Shown piece after piece: positions 41,301 to 51,957 of a DNA stretch of 64,000 nt. Each line of letters opens with the position of its first letter. The stretch's first letter is position 1. Origin of the DNA: Macrostomum lignano. Lineage: Eukaryota. The position numbers were made by a program, and so were the translations under genes. The notes under the pieces are model-generated. The model was not told where the DNA came from and ran no database searches. It saw only the letters and a program-made list of their open reading frames with translations. Where the stretch lies: assembly GCA_002269645.1 (NCBI GenBank), contig NIVC01001584.1, forward strand, positions 1-64,000. Reading direction: 5' to 3'.

Positions 41301-44300
41301 GGATCAGGGATCGGGATCAGGGATCGGGATCAGGGATCGGGATCAGGGATCGGGATCAGGGATCGGGATCAGGGATCGGGATCAGGGATCGGGATCAGGG
41401 ATCGGGATCAGGGATCGGGATCAGGGATCGGGATCAGGGATCGGGATCAGGGATCGGGATCAGGGATCGGGATCAGGGATCGGGATCAGGGATCGGGATC
41501 AGGGATCGGGATCAGGGATCGGGATCAGGGATCGGGATCAGGGATCGGGATCAGGGATCGGGATCAGGGATCGGGATCAGGGATCGGGATCAGGGATCGG
41601 GATCAGGGATCGGGATCAGGGATCGGGATCAGGGATCGGGATCAGGGATCGGGATCAGGGATCGGGATCAGGGATCGGGATCAGGGATCGGGATCAGGGA
41701 TCGGGATCAGGGATCGGGATCAGGGATCGGGATCAGGGATCGGGATCAGGGATCGGGATCAGGGATCGGGATCAGGGATCGGGATCAGGGATCGGGATCA
41801 GGGATCGGGATCAGGGATCGGGATCAGGGATCGGGATCAGGGATCGGGATCAGGGATCGGGATCAGGGATCGGGATCAGGGATCGGGATCAGGGATCGGG
41901 ATCAGGGATCGGGATCAGGGATCGGGATCAGGGATCGGGATCAGGGATCGGGATCAGGGATCGGGATCAGGGATCGGGATCAGGGATCGGGATCAGGGAT
42001 CGGGATCAGGGATCGGGATCAGGGATCGGGATCAGGGATCGGGATCAGGGATCGGGATCAGGGATCGGGATCAGGGATCGGGATCAGGGATCGGGATCAG
42101 GGATCGGGATCAGGGATCGGGATCAGGGATCGGGATCAGGGATCGGGATCAGGGATCGGGATCAGGGATCGGGATCAGGGATCGGGATCAGGGATCGGGA
42201 TCAGGGATCGGGATCAGGGATCGGGATCAGGGATCGGGATCAGGGATCGGGATCAGGGATCGGGATCAGGGATCGGGATCAGGGATCGGGATCAGGGATC
42301 GGGATCAGGGATCGGGATCAGGGATCGGGATCAGGGATCGGGATCAGGGATCGGGATCAGGGATCGGGATCAGGGATCGGGATCAGGGATCGGGATCAGG
42401 GATCGGGATCAGGGATCGGGATCAGGGATCGGGATCAGGGATCGGGATCAGGGATCGGGATCAGGGATCGGGATCAGGGATCGGGATCAGGGATCGGGAT
42501 CAGGGATCGGGATCAGGGATCGGGATCAGGGATCGGGATCAGGGATCGGGATCAGGGATCGGGATCAGGGATCGGGATCAGGGATCGGGATCAGGGATCG
42601 GGATCAGGGATCGGGATCAGGGATCGGGATCAGGGATCGGGATCAGGGATCGGGATCAGGGATCGGGATCAGGGATCGGGATCAGGGATCGGGATCAGGG
42701 ATCGGGATCAGGGATCGGGATCAGGGATCGGGATCAGGGATCGGGATCAGGGATCGGGATGATGATTATTTCAAACTCTCCCGTTGTCATGCACACAGAT
42801 CCTTGTCGCGCCTTGACCTACCCGACTGGATTGACAGTTTGCCATTGGGCGATGGCGGCGACAGTGGACGGCCGCAGTCGGTAGCGGCATGCTGGGACCG
42901 CCAGAAGCAACCTGGCGAGAGACAGCAACATCCATGGCGACGAAAAGTTCAGTCAGAAGCGGCCGCAGCGGTGGCAACAGCATCAGCGGCTTCGTCTGTG
43001 ACGTCAGCAACCCCAACGATGTCCGATTCGGCCGCAACCAATCAGGTGTCAAGGGCGGTGCTCATCATGCCAAAGTTTGTCAGCCTGCCAGCCGGGATGA
43101 CAAACCGTCTACAAGCCGAGCCGCAACAGCTGGTGCAACCCAAGAAACACCAGTCGACTGAGAGCGGCTCGCAGCCGAGGCGCTACATCAAACAGAGCAG
43201 CTTAGACAGCCGAACACCTGACGGAGACGTCAGTAAAACAGATCAACTGCGGCCGAAGCCTCCGCCGCCTCCGCTGCTGACTCTGACTCTGCGACCAAGT
43301 GACTTTTCATCGAAGCCGCAGCCGAGTCAAGTCACCTTATCGACGTCCAGCAAGCCGCCGCCTCCGCCGCCACCAACGAGGTCCTCTTCACTCGCAGTCC
43401 ACGCCACCGGATTGAAAGACGCCGTAGACCAGAAAAATCATCAGTCAGAAGAACAAGCAGCCGTTAAATTCCTAGCTGAAGGTCCCGCCGAGGCGCCGAG
43501 CTACGAAGCCGGTCTGACCCGGATGTCCGAGACTCGAACGCTGCTGCAGTCGATCGATCGTAGAAACGCGCAACTTTCCAACGACGAGTCTCGAACGGCG
43601 GACGAAGCAGCTGCCCTGTTCTGTATCGCCAAGAAGTCGGCGCGGAAGTCGGAGACTCAGCCAACAGATTCGCTAGCTTTGCCAGCAGCTCCGTCGGCTA
43701 TTGGGCGCTGCTGCAACCTGCGATGCAGTCGCGTCAGTGGCGGCGACGGCGGCTGTCCCTGCGGTTGCCCCAACTGCGCCACAGTCGGCTACTGCTCAGA
43801 CCCTTGCCGTCGAGCGCACTGGGCAGCGCACAGTCGCGTCTGCGCTTTCGACCGCCAGCTGGCCGCCTGCCGGTCGGCTCTGAGACGAGCAGCGTGTCGA
43901 GCCGGGCCGCCACTGGCTCGACTGGCTAAGCGAGGAGCTTCGAACGTCTCTGCAGACAGCGGTGGCTGCGTCCAGTTAGTCCTATCCGGAGTCTCTATGT
44001 CCAACAATAGCAGCAGCAACAGCAACATCCCGACCCTGCTGCGTCCGCCAACCTTCCTGCCGTGGAGCGACCCGGCTGCAGAGGCGGACCCTGACGCATC
44101 CGTCGCTACCGTTGCCGAAGCCGACCGCAGCTCGTCGATGCAAGGTTCGACTTTCGTTCTCTGCGCCGCCCTCCCCCTGGCGAGCAGCTACCCGCAGACG
44201 CGCAACACTGGTGACGATGGCGGCCCGCTGCTTCGCTGCTGGACTGTCGTCCGGTGCGTCGACGACGCGGCGACAACGTCGAGCAACGAGCTGGAGCAGG

Positions 44301-44605
44301 AGAAGCGTCGGGCTGGAAGACGAAATAATCTGACAGCGTTGCAACGCGACCTGACGCGTCGCGGTGTCAGCCTTCGGCATCATCATCCGAAACTGTTCGC
44401 CTCCGCCCAGGAATTCGCCAATAGCGGCCTGGAGTTCCGGGCGGAGACGATTCAGCCGGTGGATGGCAACACCGGCCTGCGATTTCAATGCCTGGTTGGC
44501 CCGGCAACCATCGACAATGGAGGCTGGATGCTGGACAAGATGCCAACCGATACTCACACTACTCAAGCGGCTTCTCGTGGAAGAGATCTGACCACAGACT
44601 TGTAG
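32342..44605 (+). CDS. AJM1: AJM1-like (apical junction component 1) protein, ~1950 aa, with C-terminal MYND-type zinc finger (five exons)
   Basis: Exons 32342-34340, 38012-38052, 38635-39340, 39951-41250 and 42799-44605 join in frame (5853 nt). The last exon has C..C...CPNCATVGYCSDPCRRAHWAAHSRVC (zf-MYND-like) and LQRDLTRRGVSLRHHHPKLF...IQPVDGNTGLRFQC, which resembles my recollection of the AJM1/C9orf172 C-terminus. Linking exon 1 rests on phase agreement only. Confidence 0.72.
34495..34790 (-). mobile_element. tRNA-derived SINE copy
   Basis: B box GGTTCGATTCC (rc at ~34700-34710) and A-box-like TGCCCAGTGG. The body is homologous to 52620-52850, 35540-35820 and 30340-30430. Confidence 0.6.
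35540..35820 (-). mobile_element. tRNA-derived SINE copy
   Basis: Head GCCCTGTGGTCAAGCG...CAGGCTCGATTCCAAG (A- and B-box-like). The body is homologous to the 34495 copy. Confidence 0.6.
35845..36365. repeat. 20-bp minisatellite (GTCTCTTGGTGGGCGCCCCT)n
   Basis: Directly visible. Confidence 0.95.
41259..42760. repeat. 13-bp minisatellite (GGGATCAGGGATC)n, ~115 apparently identical copies, filling an AJM1 intron
   Basis: Directly visible; starts ~8 nt after the GTGAG donor at 41251. Confidence 0.98.
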
Positions 44606-44791
44606 CCTTTTAAAGTGTATAGTGCGTCTCGCATTCCAAGAAATGATGGCTAGTCACGCATTGTTAGTTTGCAAAACATTTTTCAATTTTGAAACACAGC
44701 TATAGCTCACCTAGAAACGGTCTAGCAAAGGTACTTGAGGATCCAATAAAATCGTCATTCCATATTATTGCTTTTTTCCGCATTGCGCTAA

Positions 44792-44830
44792 TGCGAGGGG
44801 TGTTGCAAAAGTTTCCGGACACTGTTTAAT
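44792..44830 (+). mobile_element. Possible mariner-type terminal repeat remnant
   Basis: CGAGGGGTGTTGCAAAAGTTTCCGGAC resembles mariner TIRs and the TIR at 61570-61590. No partner was found. Confidence 0.3.
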
Positions 44831-45899
44831 TTCAACCACAGGAATGTCCAAGTGAGCTGAAATAGGGAGACTCAGTCACTCAAACAAAGCAATGCATCCA
44901 ATACATACGAATATGTATCAGATATATTTACTGCTTTCTAATGTATATTTAGCAGCTTTTACCGCTTTGCAAAATACGCGCTCGCATGGTCAGCCCACTC
45001 TACTTACAGTAACGCAAATTGAACAGAAGCGATAGAAAGTCTTTTTCAACTTTCCGTGTTTCTCTTTTTTCGATTTCGATTTCGAAATTTTTATATTTTT
45101 TGCTTCTTTTGGCGCCAGAGAAACGCGAATTAAAGACGGAAGTCGTCTGTGAATTTCTACTTCGTAATTTCGAAAAGGTTACCTCAGTAAGTAACCTCTT
45201 TTTGTTTTAATAAATCGATTTTCTCTTAACCGATTTTTCGCGCGATTTCAAACTGCCGTGCTGTCCTCGAAAAGTAGAACTATAGATATCTTTTTATTTT
45301 CGATGTAAATTTTCTTTCGAGGACGGAGAAAATTGTTACTTTAGGTATTCTGTCAATGCTAATCACCTTTGTTTCCATTGCTACTAACGCAGTACTGGCA
45401 TCTCTAGCGCCTTATAATATTTATTTGTCATGCTAATTAAGCGGACACAAAACTAATTTATAAGCAGGTAAACAGATTTACGCCAAATTTTAAGTAAAAA
45501 AGGCTACCAACTAAACAACTGCATGTACAACTAGTTATTTCATATATGCAGCTTGTTTAAACTTCTTAATATCTTCAATATGCTACTTAAAGTAGAAAAG
45601 TTTAGCAGCTCTTCACTACCACAAAAATCACCCTATCCTAACCTTAAATGCTTATTTTTTTCTCTTTCGCTTGCTTGCTTTGCTCAAATGTTTAAGTAAA
45701 ATAAAACTTTGAACTAAATCGTACATAATTAAAACATTGCAGCTCAAAATGATTGTTCGTTTTTAGCTCATTTTGTTAAAATTGAATTTTATATTCTCAT
45801 TGGGAATAGTTGAATAGTGTAAATACATTAGCATTGCTTTTAATATTTATTACTTTTAAAATTTGATTACCGATTTAAAATGGTGCTGATTAGCGGTTG

Positions 45900-46490
45900 T
45901 GGGGATTAAGGGTGGTGGGATTGGGGTGGTGGGATTAGGGATGGTGGGATTAGGGGTGGTGGGATTAAGGATGGTAGGGATTAGGGGTGGTGGGATTAGG
46001 GGTGGTGGGATTAGGGATGGTGGGATCAGGGGTGGTAGGGATTAGGGATGGTGGGATCAGGGGTGGTAGGGATTAGGGATGGTGGGATTAGGGGTGGTGG
46101 GATTAGGGGTGGTGGGATTAGGGGTGGTGGGATTAGGGATGGTGGGATCAGGGGTGGTAGGGATTAGGGATGGTGGGATCAGGGGTGGTAGGGATTAGGG
46201 ATGGTGGGATTAGGGGTGGTGGGATTAGGGGTGGTGGGATTAGGGATGGTGGGATCAGGGGTGGTAGGGATTAGGGATGGTGGGATCAGGGGTGGTAGGG
46301 ATTAGGGATGGTGGGATTAGGGGTGGTGGGATTAGGGGTGGTGGAATTAGGGATGGTGGGATCAGGGGTGGTAGGGATTAGGGGTGGTGGGGATGATCAG
46401 GGGTGTTGGGGATTTGGGGTGGTGGGGATTAGGGTGGTTGGGATTAGGGGTGGCGGGGATCAGGGGAGGTGAGGATTAGGGGTGGTGGGA
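45900..46490. repeat. 15-16-bp G-rich minisatellite (GGGATTAGGGGTGGT)n containing TTAGGG
   Basis: Directly visible. Confidence 0.93.
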
Positions 46491-46734
46491 TTGAAGGTCT
46501 TAGGGATCGAAGGTACGAGTATAATGGGGATTTGGGTTGGTGGGATCTAAAAAATTTATCACAGCAGAATTGACCATGAAAGCAAATCTTTTTATTATAA
46601 ATTATAAAATGCGAGCGTATAAATACAATCATAAACATAATTTTATTCATATTTATCACAATTGAATAAGAGTTTATTAGCCATAAATATAAGCGGAACT
46701 ATGATTGTACGACTAACAGACGTCACACTGAGTA

Positions 46735-49700
46735 TCAAGACTCAGCCTCGGAGATGTGGCTCCCAAAGTGCACAACTTGCAGCCAGTCGGTGAGAAAATC
46801 TGTCGGGCAATTCTCAGCCAGCCGGCTGCTTCGCGATGCCAGAGTTTGTTTAACTGCTCTGTGCCTGGGATAGAACGTTTTTGAAGGTTGAAAAACTAGT
46901 TTAAAAGTCACAGGAGAGATTCTACTGGGTGACATATGAAGGTTAAAGTCACTACCTGATGACTACCTGGTGCTAGTTTTAACCAGGTGAGATTTGAAGG
47001 TCACTGCTTTAATCAGATGACATCAGGTACGTGTGATATGGTCCTAAGCATAGGTCATATTCTCCACCAAGTGACATTTGAAGGTCAAAACTTTAACGAA
47101 GTGACATTTGAAGGTCAAAACTTTAACGAAGTGACATTTGAAGGTCAAAGCTTTAACCACGTAACATTTGAATGTCTAAGTTTTAACCAAGAGACACTAA
47201 GCTTATATTCTCTACCAGGTGATATTTGAAGGACCATTGTCTCCAAGAGGCGATAATTTAAAGTATTTGAAGGTCCTTTTTAAATCTGTTAACACCTGAA
47301 GGTTGCAATTTCAATCAGGTGACATTTCAAGGTCCCAGTGCACTAGGATACATTAGAAGGTCAAACAGCCTCACATAAAGAGCTTTAAAACGTCTTACCT
47401 GTCGAGTGAGGCCCGAGCCAGTGCCCGCCTGCTGGCAGGGTCGGCCCAGTCAGCTGATCTCAGAGCCAGCACTCGCTCGCGCTCGGCACCCTCCAGGGTG
47501 ACTCGGGGTTCGATGCCCGCGGCCAGGTCAGTCAGAAGGTTGAGTTTGTGCTCAAGCTGGTAGGCAGCCTTGCCCACCTTGCGGGCCTCAGCTGGTGGGA
47601 ACTGGTCTGGGTTGACCTGCGATGGGTGGAGATTGCAACGTCAACTGTACAAGCTAAATTCTAATTCACTAAACTCTAAACTCTAATGCACATAGCTCTA
47701 AACTCTAATTCCCTAAGCTAAAAACTCTTAATTCACTAAGCTGTAAACTCTAATTCACCAAGCTCCAAATTCTAATTCACTAAGCTCTAAACTCTAATTC
47801 ACTAAGCTCCAAACTCTAATGCACTAAGCTCTAAACTCTAATTCACTAAGCTCTAAGCTCTAATTTACTAAGCTAAAAACTCTTAATTCACTAAGCTCCA
47901 AATTCTAATTCACTAAGCTGTAAACTCTAATTCACTAAGCTCCAAACTCTAATTCACTAAGCTGTAAACTCTAATTCACTAAACTCCAAACTCTAATTCA
48001 CTAAGCTGTAAACTCTAATTCACTAAACTCCAAACTCTAATTCCCTAAGCTACAAACTCTAATTCCCTAAGCTCCAAACTCTAATTCACCAAGTTTAAAC
48101 TCTTGCCAAGCACCTCCGCTTTGCTCAGCGTCCTGACCAGCTGACTCGCCAGTCCCAGCAGCTGCCTGATGAAGTTCTCCGTGGCCAGACGCATCCGCCG
48201 CTGCAGCAGCCAGTCGAAGGCGGGCGACACACACAGCCGAGCGGCCGGCTGTGCGAACAGCAGCTCCAGATGCACTATGCTGCCCCTGAGCAACTGCCTG
48301 GCGAACTCTGCCGCTTCGCAGCAACCGAACTCGATCTGGGATTATGGGTAGTGAGGATTAGGGAAAGGATTAAGAGCGGTGAGGATTAGAAGCCGTGAGG
48401 ATTAAGGAGGATTAGGAATTAGAAGTCGTGAGGATTAGGAGCCGTGAGGATTCAGAAGGATTAGGGATTAGGAGCCTGAGAATTAAGGAGGATTAGGGAT
48501 TAAGAGCCGTGAGGATTAAGGAGGATTAGGGATAGAGCCGTGAAGATTAAGGAGTATTAGGGATTAGGAGCCGTGAGGATTAAGGAGGATTAGGGATAGA
48601 GCCGTGAGGATTAAGGAGGATTAGGGATTAGGAGCCGTAAGGATTAAGGAGGATTAGGGATAAAGCCGTGAAGATTAAGGAGGATTAGGGATTAAGAGCC
48701 GTGGGGATTAGGGAGGATTAGGGATTAAGAGCCATGAGGATTAAAAGCAGTGAGGATTTAGAGCCGTGAGGATGAAGAGCCGTGAGGATTAGGAGCCGTG
48801 AGGATTAAGGAGGATTAGGAATTAAGAGCCGTGAGGATTAAGAGCCGTGAGGATTAAGAGCCGAGAGGATTAGGAGCCGTGAGGATTTGGAACCGTGAGG
48901 ATTAGGAGCCGTGAGGATTAGGAGCCATGAGGATGAAGGAGGATTAGGGATTAGGAGCCGTGAGGATTAGGAGCCGTGAGGATTAGGAGCCGTGAGGATG
49001 AAGGAGGATTAAGGATTAGGAGCCGTGAGGATTAGGAGCCGTGAGGATTAGGAGCCGTGAGGATTAGGAGCCGTGAGGATTAGGAGCCGTGAGGATTAGG
49101 AGCCGTGAGGATTAGGAGCCGTGAGGATTAGGAGCCGTGAGGATTAGGAGCCGTGAGGATTAGGAGCCGTGAGGATTAGGAGCCGTGAGGATTAGGAGCC
49201 GTGAGGATTAGGAGCCGTGAGGATTAGGAACCGTGAGGATTAGGAACCGTGAGGATTAGGAACCGTGAGGATTAGGAGCCGTGAGGATTAGGAGCCGTGA
49301 GGATTAGGAGCCGTGAGGATTAGGAGCCGTGAGGATTAGGAGCCGTGAGGATTAGGAGCCGTGAGGATTAGGAGCCGTGAGGATTAGGAACCGTGAGGAT
49401 TAGGAACCGTGAGGATTAGGAGTCGTGAGGATTAGGAGCCGTGAGGATTAGGAGCCGTGAGGATTAGGAGCCGTGAGGATTAGGAGCCGTGAGGATTAGG
49501 AGCCATGAGGATGAAGGAGGATTAGGGATTATGAGCCGTGAGGATTAGGAGCCGTGAGGATTAGGAGCCGTGAGGATTAGGAGCCGTGAGGATTAGGAGC
49601 CGTGAGGATGAAGGAGGATTAAGGATTAGGAGCCGTGAGGATTAGGAGCCGTGAGGATTAAGAGCCTTGAGGATTAAGAGCCGTGAGGATTAGGAGCCGT

Positions 49701-51912
49701 GAGGATTAGGAGCCGTGAGGATTAGGAGCCGTGAGGATTAGGAGCCGTGAGGATTAGGAGCCGTGAGGATTAGGAGCCGTGAGGATTAGGAGCCGTGAGG
49801 ATTAAAAGCCGTGAGGATTAAGGAGGATTAGGGATCAAGAGCTCACTCACGGTCTTATCCGGTCCCCTGGATTCCGTTGTGTCTGGGGGATGCCGCAGGT
49901 GCCTGAACTCATCCCTCCGGCTGTACACCAGCAGATAGTCCACATCCGACTGCGGGGTGCTCAGGCCGTACATCCGGCTGCCGGCACAGGCCGCCAGCTC
50001 CAGTCGCCAGGAGCCGGTGGACAAACTTGATGGCAGCAGATCTGCGGGCAGACCGGCGGACACCAGAGCCGACTTGAAGTCGACAGCCGGCGCCGAATCT
50101 GGCGCTGACTTGGGCGGCATCAGGGGCGCCAAAATTTCTGTCCAACGCCAGTCGGCGAGGGCGGCCTCGTCGGCGGCCGACTGCGACGATAGCAGAGCGC
50201 GACGGGCTGCGGCAGCGTCTTTGGGCTGTCAATCGTTTAATTTTAATCCTATAGTTGGTATTCAAATCGGCCTACGAGTACTAAATAGCCTATGAGTTTC
50301 TCTAATTCAATACCTAATAGCCTATGAGTTCCCCTAATTCAATACCTAATAACCCATGAGTTCCCCTAATTCAATACCTAATAGCCTATGAGTTCCCCTA
50401 ATTCAATACCTAATAGCCTATGAGTTCCCCTAATTCAATACCTAATAGCCTATGAGTTCCCCTAATTCAATACCTAATAGCCTATGAGTTCCCCTAATTC
50501 AATACCTAATAGCCTATGAATTCCCCTAATTCAATACCTACATGTAATAGCCTATGAGTTCCCCTAATTAAATACCTAATAACCTACGAGTTCCCCCTAA
50601 TTCAATACCTAATAACCTACGAGTTCCCCTAATGCAAACCTAATATTCCTAATCTACTGTCTAATCAAGCTAAAGATTATTTTTCCTAAAATAATCCATG
50701 ACATCGGTAGATAATAAAACTACATAAGAAAACAAATAGAAACAAATCGATAATTACATTTTTTTCTCTTCTGAGCAGCCCGCAGCTTCCAGCTCCTCCG
50801 CTCTGTCACACTCGGCCAGCAATTCAGCGTGCCAGTCGAGCAGAGACTTGGCCAAGCCGCCTTTGACAATGTCCGCCAATGGGCTGGCGAACATCTACCG
50901 CCAACCGGACAGAACACCTTCGGGTACGTCTGCAGTGTCTGGCGGCTCAGACAGGCTTGGTCTGCGACCGAGCAGAGACATCTTGACGTGATTCAAAAGT
51001 CTGATTGAGGTGCACAGCTCTGGGATGGTGGCGTCCGGCCGAATCTTGAGGTCGCCGTTTCGCTGCTTCTTGAAGATGCTGCCGATGCCCTGATTGGGAT
51101 TGGTTGAACAGCGCTAGTTGAGTCTCACTCAACCCATGAGAATCTGCCACCAAAACCCATGAGAATCTGCCACTCAACCCATGAGAATCTGCCACCCAAA
51201 CCCATGAGAATCTGCCTCTCAACCCATGAGAATCTGCCACTCAATTCATGAGAATCTGCCACCCAAACCCATGAGAATCTGCCTCTCAACCCATGAGAAT
51301 CTGCCACTCAACCCATGAGAATCTGCCACTCAACTCTTGAGAATCTGCCACTCAACCCATGAGAATCTGCCACTCAACCCATGAGAATCTGCCACCCAAA
51401 CCCATGAGAATTTGACACTCAACCGATGAGAATCTGCCACCCAAACCCACGAGAATCTGCCACCCAAACCCATGAGAATCTGCCAATCAATCCTTCAGAA
51501 TCTGCCACCTGAGCGAGACAGATCCTTCGCAGCGGCGCTCCAACGAGTCGCTGGTGAGTCGATGGCGACTTCAGAAGTCTCTGCCAGGCGGGGTCGGCAC
51601 ACAGCAGCCACTGCGGTGACTCCGGCAGGCAGAGCAGCTCCGACCACTGCGGCCGGCCCAGGTGCAGGCAGAAATGCGTCACCTCCGCCATGGCAACCAG
51701 CCCGCTGCCACCGGTTCCGCTGCCCACAGTCACTTCTTGCAGGCCTGCCGCGGCCCGCTCGTGACTGGAGGCCGGCGACAGGACCTGACGCAGTGGCTGC
51801 GCGAGGGCGTGGGGGCTTCATTGGATTGTAAAGTGATTGACAATTGCCCTGTCTGCTATGTCTCAGTGACTGCCTGCCTGTGTCCGCCTGTCTGTCTGCC
51901 TGTCAGTGTGTT

Positions 51913-51957
<45 letters not shown>

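Noticed and set aside
26919-42884. Repetitive ORFs at 26919-27519, 29311-30036, 35874-36516 and 41037-42884
   Set aside because: Minisatellite translations. The 41-42.8 kb array lies between a GTGAG donor (41251) and a CAG acceptor (42797-42798).
45900-46490. True telomere or chromosome end
   Set aside because: TTAGGG is embedded in a longer unit and genes flank it on both sides.
50895-50897. Selenocysteine recoding of the internal stop
   Set aside because: The codon is TAG, not TGA, and no SECIS was recognised.
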